NCBI GenBank assembly: GCA_050015395.1 | Contig: JBEKBM010000005.1 | Coordinates: 32,001 to 96,000, forward strand | DNA length: 64,000 bases | From: Candidatus Bathyarchaeia archaeon | Lineage (GTDB): Archaea; Thermoproteota; Bathyarchaeia; Bathyarchaeales; Bathycorpusculaceae | Direction of reading: 5' to 3' | In this document: positions 1-8,781 of the stretch, piece after piece | Layout of the letters: every line of letters starts with the position of its first letter | Position numbering within the stretch: the stretch's first letter is position 1 | Notes under the pieces: generated by a model | Databases searched by the model: none | Seen by the model: only the letters and a program-made list of their open reading frames with translations | What the model was told of the DNA's origin: nothing | Translations under genes and position numbers: made by a program

Positions 1-614
1 CTATTAGGGTGGACGCCGTCTGGGAAATACTCAGGATGGTTGATTAGGGGTGTGTAAACATTTATAATAGGCAAGCCTAGCGTGCTTGCTACTTGTTCTA
101 TTCGGGGAATTACTCCTTTCGCAAAACTAGTACCGTTCAAATTAAGCGTATTGTTAAAGATTGGAGGCGGCTCCACCAGAAAAATTTGCGGTTTACTATT
201 CAGTGCTTGGATGCTATTTATTATTCTCTCGTAATCAGCGACGAAATTGTTGATTTTTTGATAAGTGTCTGTTCGGGCATCGTTTGTTCCAAGCATTATA
301 ATGACGATTGTAGGCTCAAAGATCTTAGCATCTTGGAATGCGGGTTCAAAATAGTATGATACATCAGTGTAGAAATTTACTGTTGCCCCGCTAACACCAA
401 AGTTACCCACAATCGAATTACTGCCAAGCAACATCTGTAGATCAGCTGGATAACCAGTATTTTCAGTGATGCTGTCACCAAGACAAGCAACACGAGCTAA
501 TTTACCATCAGCGCTGGTGCCTGCACGATTTTCTGAAAAAACTGCAATTAAGCTTAATGCTATCACTAGAATAGCTATGCTAACTGCCAAGATTGTCTTT
601 CTTTTTGGTTTCAT
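1..614 (-). CDS. Membrane-anchored/secreted SGNH (GDSL-like) hydrolase, 3' end runs off the window
   Basis: Manual translation from ATG at 614 (not in ORF track): MKPKRKTILAVSIAILVIALSL (signal/TM), block I CLGDSIT, block II NFGVSG, block III MLGTND, block V DGVHPN. Confidence 0.9.
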   Translation of the reverse strand, partial: MKPKRKTILAVSIAILVIALSLIAVFSENRAGTSADGKLARVACLGDSITENTGYPADLQMLLGSNSIVGNFGVSGATVNFYTDVSYYFEPAFQDAKIFEPTIVIIMLGTNDARTDTYQKINNFVADYERIINSIQALNSKPQIFLVEPPPIFNNTLNLNGTSFAKGVIPRIEQVASTLGLPIINVYTPLINHPEYFPDGVHPN

Positions 615-909
615 TGGTGAATTCTTCGACACAAGCGGTTTATTGACCTAATGATTGAGTCAACTGAAAGTTGGTACATAGAAGTTCTTTTGCTTTACGG
701 TTTCCAAGCAAAAATTTAGGTTCCCAAAATAAACGCGGAAATCGGTTTGTATACTGCGGCAGTTATAACCTTGGCGGCTCATTTTTTCTGACTGTATTTT
801 TAGGCATAACTCATTGTTTTAAGATTTTTTCCCAAGAAAACTGAAAAGATTCTTTTGTCAAGTTTTTTAAGCAGTCCAAACATTAAACAAACCTTGAAGG
901 AGAAAGTAA

Positions 910-1281
910 GTGGAACGCGCCAAAGTCACAAAGGAAGAGTTACTTGAAAAAGACACGCGTTTTCTAGCCGTTTATGTGGAAGCAAAAAATTCATGCATGA
1001 TAATGCTTAGCGAAAAAGAAGATAAGCTTGGAACCTTGGCAATCGCCGTTCCCAAACCCAAAGACATGGTTGGCACAGCTACCTCATCAGTGCTTTTAGG
1101 AGACAAGAACGTTATTTCAGCGAGAATGTTCGCTGAGTATGTGGCTTCTAAGAAGGGAAAAATAGCCCTCGTTTCAGTTTATCTAGACAAACTTGACGAA
1201 ATGCAAGCACAAGCATTCTTCATGCACCTCATCGAAAAACTAATTCAAGCTGAAAGCCAAAAGGAGCCCGCTGCAACCTAA
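910..1281 (+). CDS. Proteasome assembly chaperone 4 (PAC4/PSMG4)-like protein
   Basis: 123 aa; LGTLAIAVP...SSVLLGD...AEYVASKKGKIALVSVYL resembles the PSMG4 pattern LAVA...STSLLGD...AQRLARKTNKQVFVSYNL (recalled). Confidence 0.55.
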   Translation: MERAKVTKEELLEKDTRFLAVYVEAKNSCMIMLSEKEDKLGTLAIAVPKPKDMVGTATSSVLLGDKNVISARMFAEYVASKKGKIALVSVYLDKLDEMQAQAFFMHLIEKLIQAESQKEPAAT

Positions 1282-1310
1282 ACCTTTAACTCTAATTATG
1301 TGCCAAAATT

Positions 1311-1817
1311 ATGGAACCTGAAATGATTAGCAAACTTACAACTAGCGATTTTCAAGCAATCCTAACCGTGGTGAACGATGCCGCCATCGCCTATAAAGGC
1401 AAGATTCCCAGCGATAAGTGGAAAGAACCTTACATGCGAGCGCAAGAGCTTAAAGAAGAAATCCAAAGAGGAGTACAATTTTGCGGCTTGAAACACAACA
1501 ATGTTTTGGTTGCCGTGATGGGAATTCAACCCGCCAACAATGTTACTTTAATCAGGCATGCCTACGTGTTGACAAGTTATCAGCGAAAAGGATATGGAGA
1601 AAAACTACTCAAACATCTACTCGCCTTAGCCGGAACCTCCACGGTTTACGTGGGAACATGGGAAGCAGCAACCTGGGCAATAAAATTTTATCAAAGAAAC
1701 GGATTCAAACTGGTTTCAACAGAGGAAAAGAATAAACTCTTAAAGAAATACTGGAGCATTCCAGAACGACAAGTTGAAACATCGGTAGTACTTGAACTAA
1801 AAGGGCAACTCCAATGA
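1311..1817 (+). CDS. GNAT family N-acetyltransferase
   Basis: Acetyl-CoA motif YVLTSYQRKGYGEKLL and AIKFYQRNGF. Confidence 0.9.
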   Translation: MEPEMISKLTTSDFQAILTVVNDAAIAYKGKIPSDKWKEPYMRAQELKEEIQRGVQFCGLKHNNVLVAVMGIQPANNVTLIRHAYVLTSYQRKGYGEKLLKHLLALAGTSTVYVGTWEAATWAIKFYQRNGFKLVSTEEKNKLLKKYWSIPERQVETSVVLELKGQLQ

Positions 1818-2875
1818 AAGAAACACTCCTCTTAAAAGTTGATTCCGAAAACCCAGATCAAGCTAAAATCCAAATTGCCGCACAAATTATCCAAAAAGGC
1901 GGATTAGTGGCTTTTCCAACAGAGACAGTTTACGGTTTAGGTGCAGACGCACTGAATCCAGACGCTGTCTTGGCACTTTTTGAAGCTAAAAAGAGACCCT
2001 TAGATAACCCGCCAATTATCCACGTAGCAAATGCGAGCGAAGTCTACAAACTAGTACAAGAAGTCCCAGAGAAAGCTGAGTTGCTGATGAAAAAGTTTTG
2101 GCCAGGACCATTAACTCTCGTTTTCAAGCGCTCAAGCATAGTACCCAACGTGACAGTTGCAGGCTTAGACACCGTTGCAATTCGCATGCCAAAACACAAA
2201 GTCGCCTTGGCATTAATTAAACAAAGCAGTCTTCCCATCGCTGCTCCGAGCGCAAATCTTGCAGGCAAACCTAGTCCAACAACCGCTAAACATGTTTATG
2301 AAGACCTTAACGGAAGAATCGACGTCATCCTCGACGGTGGAGCCACAAGTATCGGTGTTGAATCCACTGTTGTAGACTTAACTGTTGATCCACCTGTGGT
2401 TCTTCGTCCAGGAGGAACATCTTTTGAAGCATTAAAGAAAGTCCTCGGTGACGTGAGACTTCACCCCTTTGTTCAAGCTGAAGAGGAATTGCCGCTGGAA
2501 AAAATAAGGTCTCCTGGAATGAAACATAGGCATTATGCGCCTAAAGCAGAGGTTATTCTTGTTGAAGGTGCAGTTGCCGCCGTCACAAGCAAAATAAAAG
2601 AGCTGTCAGAATCTTACAGGCTTAAAGGCGCAAAAGTAGGCATCTTAGCCACTGATGAAACACAAGCCGCCTACAAAGCAGACGTGGTTAAGTCTCTTGG
2701 TAGCCGCTTTAACTTGGCAGTTGTTGCCCAAAACCTATTCCGTTTATTGAGAGAAGTTGACGCAGAAAACGTTGACGTTATAATTGCTGAAGGCGTATCT
2801 TCCGAAGGAATAGGCTTAGCCATCATGAATAGGTTACGTAAAGCGTCAGGTTACCACATTATCAAAGCAGAATAG
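1814..2875 (+). CDS. sua5: L-threonylcarbamoyladenylate synthase Sua5
   Basis: AFPTETVYGLGA, KKRPLDNPPIIH, PSANLAGKPSPT, C-terminal SUA5 domain SPGMKHRHYAP. Confidence 0.97.
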   Translation: MKETLLLKVDSENPDQAKIQIAAQIIQKGGLVAFPTETVYGLGADALNPDAVLALFEAKKRPLDNPPIIHVANASEVYKLVQEVPEKAELLMKKFWPGPLTLVFKRSSIVPNVTVAGLDTVAIRMPKHKVALALIKQSSLPIAAPSANLAGKPSPTTAKHVYEDLNGRIDVILDGGATSIGVESTVVDLTVDPPVVLRPGGTSFEALKKVLGDVRLHPFVQAEEELPLEKIRSPGMKHRHYAPKAEVILVEGAVAAVTSKIKELSESYRLKGAKVGILATDETQAAYKADVVKSLGSRFNLAVVAQNLFRLLREVDAENVDVIIAEGVSSEGIGLAIMNRLRKASGYHIIKAE

Positions 2876-2882
2876 CATTGGA

Positions 2883-3782
2883 TTATCTGTGGATGAGCGA
2901 GAGAAGGTTATCCAAACTTATTGTGGCTACACAAAGAACGCTGTCAGCTGCACCATAATAAACAAAAAGACGATTATCCAAAATTACGTTACCACAACTA
3001 AAAACAACGTTGGGAACTTTGCCGAATCGTTCATAATCTTCTTTCGGAGCCAAAACGTGCTCTTTCGAGCGGTAAAGAACATGTTCAGGATGATCCCGAT
3101 CAAGCAAAGCAATGCCTAAAGAATACATCCGTTCCACGCTTACCCCGTGGTAAATTACCAGCCATCCTTCATTAATTTTTATTGGCGGGCCAGCTACTCC
3201 AATTTTCCAGTTATCCCAGCCGACAGGTTGCGGATTCATTACTGACGTCATATCACACCAATGTATCAAATCATCTGAGTATGCTATGCAAAGGTCAGGA
3301 TCAATGCGATGGAGCATAACATATTTGCTGTTAATCTTTTGAGGAAAAATGACGCCGTCTTTATTTCGGATGCCTGGAAAAGGTAGCTTGCGGGTTCCCC
3401 ATTTCCACTGTCTATTGATAAAATCTTCTTTAGTAATTGTTGTTAAAGCGATTTGGTACACTTGCAAGTGGTTGTATTCTCTAAGTGCAGTGTAAGTCAT
3501 TGCAAGCTGTCCTTCTACTTCGCTTAATCGTGGGTCTTCACACCCATCCTTTTCGTTGTCAGCTGCTGGTTCAAACACTGGCTTTTCGAAACGTTCTTTT
3601 ATAGTGTAGCCGTCGAGTGATGTGGCGTAGCCGATTCTTGAAATATTGTCATTGCCTAGTGCCCTGTAGAGAAGGTGTACTTTGCCATCAAGGTAAATTG
3701 CCGCTGCATTGAATACTTCTCTTGACTCCCAAGCATGCTCTTCTACTGGAAGTAAAATGGGATTATCTGAAAAACGTTCCAT
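2883..3782 (-). CDS. GH130 family beta-mannoside phosphorylase-like enzyme (copy 1)
   Basis: NPIL, VFNAAA, GCEDPRL, RNKD, MLHR, WKIG, IYHG, VPNVVFSCG, YYGAADS. Confidence 0.88.
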   Translation of the reverse strand: MERFSDNPILLPVEEHAWESREVFNAAAIYLDGKVHLLYRALGNDNISRIGYATSLDGYTIKERFEKPVFEPAADNEKDGCEDPRLSEVEGQLAMTYTALREYNHLQVYQIALTTITKEDFINRQWKWGTRKLPFPGIRNKDGVIFPQKINSKYVMLHRIDPDLCIAYSDDLIHWCDMTSVMNPQPVGWDNWKIGVAGPPIKINEGWLVIYHGVSVERMYSLGIALLDRDHPEHVLYRSKEHVLAPKEDYERFGKVPNVVFSCGNVILDNRLFVYYGAADSVLCVATISLDNLLSLIHR

Positions 3783-3791
3783 AGAAAGTTC

Positions 3792-4205
3792 CTAAGTAGA
3801 ACTCGGTATGGGCGTTTTTACTCCGTGGATTTCATCCAAGAAAGCTCTCAACGAAAAAAGCCCAATCAACTTTCCTGTTTCGTCTGTTACTGGCAAGTGC
3901 CTTATATTGTGAGAGAGCATTAGTCTTTTTGCTTCATCGTAGGAAGCTTCAAGCGATACTGTAACCACATTTCTGCTCATTACATTACTCAACGGTTGGT
4001 CAAGCGAAGCCTTTTGAGCAAAAATACGGATTGCATCACGCTCGGTAAATATCCCTACACATTTTTGCTCGTCATCAACGATAACTATTGATCCAACATG
4101 TCTCTCGTTAAGCAGCTGAACAGCGTGATGTATTAGAGTATCCCCTTTTGCGGTAACTATTTTTTTGCACATTATATCTCGTATTTTAAGCATAGGTTTA
4201 CACAT
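3792..4205 (-). CDS. Tandem CBS-domain protein
   Basis: IRDIM..., GIFTERD, IRHLPV...GKLIG. Confidence 0.9.
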   Translation of the reverse strand: MCKPMLKIRDIMCKKIVTAKGDTLIHHAVQLLNERHVGSIVIVDDEQKCVGIFTERDAIRIFAQKASLDQPLSNVMSRNVVTVSLEASYDEAKRLMLSHNIRHLPVTDETGKLIGLFSLRAFLDEIHGVKTPIPSST

Positions 4206-4260
4206 CTTTTCACCGTAAAACAGTTAATGCCCAAAGGGGTTTTAGCAATCTCATTGTTGA

Positions 4261-5319
4261 TTAAGCCCTCTTTCGCTTCCAGATTCCTCGTTTTAATTCC
4301 TCCAGTTTCAAACGTGCCAAAAGATAGGAAATTGACGATTCAGCCCCTTGGTTCATATTTACCTTTTCAGGCCCTAAGCCATCAAAGCATCCGGCTGTCT
4401 CTGGGCTATACATCAGTACTTTGCGGCTGTTTCTTCCTAAAAACCATTCAAATGCCGTGTTAGCGATTTGCAGATATCTCTTATCTTTTGTCGCGTAAAA
4501 AGCATCAATAGCGGCTTCGACCATAGCTGCGGCTTCTAAGGGTTGCTGATCATAAAGTGCTCGTTTTTCACCCCGTTTATACCAGCCGTCATTTCCTATT
4601 GGCACAAAAACGTCATTTATCATTTGAGTTTTAAGCAGAAAAGCCATTGATTCTTTGGCTACATCTAGGTATTTTTGTTTGCCAACTGTGCTGTATGCTT
4701 CGAAAAGGGCTTGAGACAACCTAGCGTTATCATAAGTTAAGGAAGGCTCAAACCAGTGCCAATCATCTTTAACTTCATCTTGGTAATGCTTAATGAGGCT
4801 ATCAGCTAACTTTTCCATATTAACCTTCAAGTTATTATCTTGATTAGCTTGGTAATATTGAGAGAGTCCCAAAATTGTGGAAGCATAGAATCTGAGTGAT
4901 ATTGGCTTCCAAACCCACGGTAAATCTTTATCGAAAACGTCCTTAGCAACCATTTTCATATACTTAGGCAAAGTAGAGTTAATTGCGCATCCGCAAGCCC
5001 AAAGGGCACGACCCATAGAATCCTCCGAGCAGTCTGCATCTTGAAAAGTGCGTTCGTAACTCAAATAATTATGAAAGTTGCCGTCAGGTTTTTGCATATG
5101 GTTAAGAAATGCTAAGTAAACATTTGCCCGAGCTTCAGTCATAGGTTCCTTTTTTAAACGATGGTACATTGTGCAAACGATCAATGCGCGAGCATTGTCA
5201 TCTGTTGTGTAGCCTTCGTTTCTTTTTGGAACACAAAATTTGGCATGTTGGAAAACGCCTGTGTCGTCAGTTAACGTTTCAAGGTAGTCCAGCTTTATGG
5301 GTGGAAGGTGGATGGCCAT
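4261..5319 (-). CDS. Six-hairpin glycosidase-like protein (the domain often fused C-terminally to GT4 in bacteria)
   Basis: TDDTGVFQHA, GYTTDDNARAL, EDSMGRALW, LTYDNARL, DQQPLEA, FEWFLGRN, GCFDGL, NQGAES. Confidence 0.75.
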   Translation of the reverse strand: MAIHLPPIKLDYLETLTDDTGVFQHAKFCVPKRNEGYTTDDNARALIVCTMYHRLKKEPMTEARANVYLAFLNHMQKPDGNFHNYLSYERTFQDADCSEDSMGRALWACGCAINSTLPKYMKMVAKDVFDKDLPWVWKPISLRFYASTILGLSQYYQANQDNNLKVNMEKLADSLIKHYQDEVKDDWHWFEPSLTYDNARLSQALFEAYSTVGKQKYLDVAKESMAFLLKTQMINDVFVPIGNDGWYKRGEKRALYDQQPLEAAAMVEAAIDAFYATKDKRYLQIANTAFEWFLGRNSRKVLMYSPETAGCFDGLGPEKVNMNQGAESSISYLLARLKLEELKRGIWKRKRA

Positions 5320-6509
5320 TCCTCCTTAGATTGCCTAGTTAGCTCATCAAAGAGAGTGAGATATTTTTTGGCGACTAAAGGCCAAGTAAACTTTCTACTG
5401 TATTTGTAGGCTTTATGCTCCAAAGACTCTCGAAGCGGTTTGTTCGCAATTATTTCTGTGACTCTCTCAGCTATGGAGGCTGAATCATTAAAACCGCAAA
5501 AGACGCCTCGGCCTTCACCTAAAGCCTCTTTAGCATGCAGATAAGGCGTTGACACAACTGCTTTACCTGCACCTAACGCATAAGATAAGGTGCCGCTGCT
5601 GACTTGGTTGGGCGAAAGATACGGTGTAATATACACGTCGGTTGCCAGCAAATAATTCAGCAATTCCAGCTTTGAGAGAAAACGGTTCAGAAATCTCACG
5701 TAGCCGCGGAGCCCAAGGTTTTTAACCATTCGCATTAGCATGTTTCGGTATGCTTCGCCGTCTGTTTTTTTTACTTGAGGATGGGTAACGCCTAGAACAT
5801 AGTAAACTATTCTGGGTTCTCTTTTAATTACCTCTGGGAGCGCTTGAATAGCATACTCGATTCCTTTGCCCTTGCTTAAAAGCCCAAAAGTTGACAATAC
5901 AACCCTGTTTTTTAAACCAAGAAAAGGCTTTACCTTTGAGCTAGGAACTAAAGGAACATCAGGGCAGCCGTGTGGAATTAACTTTAATTTTTTCTCGGGA
6001 ACGCCATATTGTTTGACTAGTGAACGCGTAGTTTTATTTAACACTACAATGGCTGAACTGCGATCAACAATTTTATTAAAAACTTCTTTTGCTTTAGGCT
6101 CAAAATTAGGAAGAACAGTGTGAAGTGTTGTTGCCACTGGCTTTTTCAGCTTGTTTAGGAAATTACAAATATATTCGCCGCATTCCCCGCCGAAGATTCC
6201 GAATTCATGTTGAATGTTCACTACGTTAACGGACGAGTGGTTGAGAAAATCAGCCATTAATAGGTAATCCTCAACGAAATCACGACCAATCTTATGCTGA
6301 ACCCCTCCATAAACGGGCTTGAAAAGTTGGCGTCCGTCAATAGAAATAACTCTTTGATCTTTTAATTTATGTAATTGGCTAATGGAGTTTACTAGGTCCG
6401 CTGTAAAAGTTGCGATTCCACATTTTCTTGGTGGAAAAGTGCTAACATAGGCAACTTCTTTAACGCTAGTCAATAAAGGGGTGCCTAGAACAGACTTTGC
6501 CAACAACAA
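5295..6509 (-). CDS. GT4 family glycosyltransferase
   Basis: STFPPRKCGIATF, IQHEFGIFGG, TTLHTV, FGLLSKGKGIE, SSGTLSYA, VSTPY. Confidence 0.9.
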   Translation of the reverse strand: MLLAKSVLGTPLLTSVKEVAYVSTFPPRKCGIATFTADLVNSISQLHKLKDQRVISIDGRQLFKPVYGGVQHKIGRDFVEDYLLMADFLNHSSVNVVNIQHEFGIFGGECGEYICNFLNKLKKPVATTLHTVLPNFEPKAKEVFNKIVDRSSAIVVLNKTTRSLVKQYGVPEKKLKLIPHGCPDVPLVPSSKVKPFLGLKNRVVLSTFGLLSKGKGIEYAIQALPEVIKREPRIVYYVLGVTHPQVKKTDGEAYRNMLMRMVKNLGLRGYVRFLNRFLSKLELLNYLLATDVYITPYLSPNQVSSGTLSYALGAGKAVVSTPYLHAKEALGEGRGVFCGFNDSASIAERVTEIIANKPLRESLEHKAYKYSRKFTWPLVAKKYLTLFDELTRQSKEEWPSTFHP

Positions 6510-6549
6510 ATCACGTCATATATTGAGGCTTTGGCTGTCTTTAAGCACA

Positions 6550-6573
6550 TGTGATTGCATAGTTACAGTCACA
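6550..6573. promoter_or_regulatory. Imperfect palindrome (putative operator) between divergent GT4 and GH130 genes
   Basis: TGTGATTG-CATAGTTA-CAGTCACA; its right part TTACAGTCACA recurs at 7641-7651. Confidence 0.35.
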
Positions 6574-6657
6574 AGCTCGTTTTTTGACATACTTTTACAT
6601 GAGGTTTATATGTTACCATGATGATGATTTTTTTCGAGGGAGAGAGGGGGATTATCA

Positions 6658-7551
6658 TTGAAACGGTTTGAACGTAATCCCATATTGGAACCTATAAAAA
6701 ACAACATGTGGGAATCTCAAGCTGTATTTAACGCGGCAGCCGTTTATGGCGACGGGTTAGTACACATTGTTTATCGTGCATTGGGCAGCGACAACATCTC
6801 AAGACTCGGTTACGCTACTTCCATTGATGGCTTTACCATAAAAGAGAGGTTTGATTCGCCAATCTTCAATCCGACTAACCATGCGGAAAGAGACGGATGC
6901 GAGGACCCACGCCTTACAGTTATCGGCGACCAGTGTCTAATGGCTTATACAGCGTTCCGAAACCATGATTACCCAGTAATTTACCAAATCTCACTAACTT
7001 CAATTAACTTTGACGATTTTCTTAACCGCCAATGGAACTGGAAAGAGCGAATTCTGCCATTCCCGGGAGTACGCAACAAAGACGCTGTTATTCTTCCAAG
7101 CAAAGTAGACGGCAAATACGTAATGTTCCACCGTATTGAACCAAGCATCTGTATTGCTTATTCTGAAGACCTAAAGAAATGGCACGGTTTCAAGTCCATC
7201 ATGGAACCAAGAGATAAAATGTGGGACAGCGCCAAAATTGGTGCTGCAGGAACACCTATAGAACTTAACGAGGGCTACTTATTCATTTATCACGGAGTGG
7301 ACGAAGCAAAGCATTATTCCCTTGGCGCCGCTTTACTGGATAAGCATAATCCTGAAAAAGTGCTCTATCGCTCTGAGAAACCTATACTTGCTCCATGCGA
7401 AGGCTATGAATGCGTTGGGTACGTGCCTAATGTAGTATTCAGCTGCGGAAACGTACAACTCGACGACCAAGTCATCATCTACTATGGCGGTGCTGACAGC
7501 GTATTATGCGCTGCAAGTTACGAACTCAACGAGTTGCTTCCCAAAAAATAG
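6658..7551 (+). CDS. GH130 family beta-mannoside phosphorylase-like enzyme (copy 2)
   Basis: Paralogue of 2883-3782: NPIL, GCEDPRL, RNKD, FHR, AKIG, IYHG, VPNVVFSCG. Confidence 0.88.
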   Translation: MKRFERNPILEPIKNNMWESQAVFNAAAVYGDGLVHIVYRALGSDNISRLGYATSIDGFTIKERFDSPIFNPTNHAERDGCEDPRLTVIGDQCLMAYTAFRNHDYPVIYQISLTSINFDDFLNRQWNWKERILPFPGVRNKDAVILPSKVDGKYVMFHRIEPSICIAYSEDLKKWHGFKSIMEPRDKMWDSAKIGAAGTPIELNEGYLFIYHGVDEAKHYSLGAALLDKHNPEKVLYRSEKPILAPCEGYECVGYVPNVVFSCGNVQLDDQVIIYYGGADSVLCAASYELNELLPKK

Positions 7552-7850
7552 CATCGCATTGCCAACGAGCAAGTTCTTGTTTCGCTACGGCAATGCTTTT
7601 TTTAGCGTTTATTTAGTTGATGGGTACTGTTGGAGTAGAATTACAGTCACATACTCTTAAATTATAGTCAATCTAAGATTATGTACCATTAGTATCCATG
7701 GAAAGGCTGGCGATGAATTACTGCCCTTGTGTCAAAAGAGGGCAATCTAAAGTTTAGTTAAAGATAAAAAAATAAGGGTCACACCATTAAAAAATTAATT
7801 TTTCATGTTGGGAATCTATCAAATTAGCGGATTAGTAAGGAGGTGAAGGA

Positions 7851-8426
7851 GTGTCAAGGTCTTATGAGCATAATGCGGAAAATTTTGACAAAAGAAAGCC
7901 TGATTACATGGGAGAGGTTGAATCGAGGGACATGAGAAGGGTTGATGATAAAGGTTACACTGGAGAGACATTAGACGATAAGGCGCAAGATGAAGAAGAA
8001 GTAGGAGATCGGTGGTCAAGTGAAAACCAGTCGCCAATAGCTGGCAAAATGTCTGGTTCCATGGAGGAACTGGAAAGAGCTCAGGGTTCAGAAGTTATGA
8101 CTAGCGATGAAGTTCGCGAATGCTTGAAGGATTGCTTAGATTGCTACCAAACATGCACCGAAACTACAATAAGATGCTTGACGATGGGCGGCAAACATGC
8201 TGAACTCGAACACCTGAATCTCATTATGGATTGCGCTAGAATATGCAATACAAACGCAGATTTTATGCTTAGAAACTCAACCTATTACCCACAAACCTGC
8301 GGCTTAACGGCTGACATCTGTGACGAGTGCGCTGACACTTGTGACAGGTTTAATGATGACTTCATAAAGGAATGCGCCAGCGTTTGCAGGCGATGTGCCG
8401 AGTCATGTAGAGAAATGGCAAGATAA
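7851..8426 (+). CDS. Four-helix-bundle Cys-rich copper storage protein (Csp3/YhjQ, DUF326) with acidic N-terminal extension
   Basis: 15 Cys in CxxxC/CxxC repeats in the C-terminal ~100 aa; SD AAGGAGGTGA before the GTG start. Confidence 0.85.
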   Translation: MSRSYEHNAENFDKRKPDYMGEVESRDMRRVDDKGYTGETLDDKAQDEEEVGDRWSSENQSPIAGKMSGSMEELERAQGSEVMTSDEVRECLKDCLDCYQTCTETTIRCLTMGGKHAELEHLNLIMDCARICNTNADFMLRNSTYYPQTCGLTADICDECADTCDRFNDDFIKECASVCRRCAESCREMAR

Positions 8427-8482
8427 CCTATTTTTTTTCAATTCTTATTTTTGTTCCCGCATTACGCGTAAGGTGTGATTTT

Positions 8483-8641
8483 TTGCCTCCAAGAGGTGTG
8501 GAAAGTCCAAAGCGAAAGCGGCAATATGATCATATTAAGGAGTCAGAGCTTAAGCGGGGCGCATCTGAAGAGGATGCAGAACGCATTGCCGCAGCAACAA
8601 CTAATAAAACTATACGAGAAAAAGGCGAAGCAAAAAGCTAA
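8483..8641 (+). CDS. Small 52-aa conserved protein (KRxRQYxHIKES...AERIAAAT family)
   Basis: Manual translation MPPRGVESPKRKRQYDHIKESELKRGASEEDAERIAAATTNKTIREKGEAKS; SD AAGGTG upstream of TTG; missed by ORF track. Confidence 0.75.
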   Translation: MPPRGVESPKRKRQYDHIKESELKRGASEEDAERIAAATTNKTIREKGEAKS

Positions 8642-8781
8642 AGCGGCCTTCGCATAATTAATTTTACCTTTGCTATTTACAAGTAGAAACCAGTTAGTTA
8701 CTTGTAGCGTTACTCAATGAGAAAAATTTATATTTAAATATCTGATTGTTGATTTCCGTTTATAATTAAGAAAATAAAAAA

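Noticed and set aside
93-651. ORF-track ORFs 93-359 and 466-651 (+)
   Set aside because: Antisense shadows of the SGNH hydrolase on the minus strand.
8475-8657. 60-aa ORF from the track
   Set aside because: The overlapping frame 8483-8641 has the SD and a recognisable motif.
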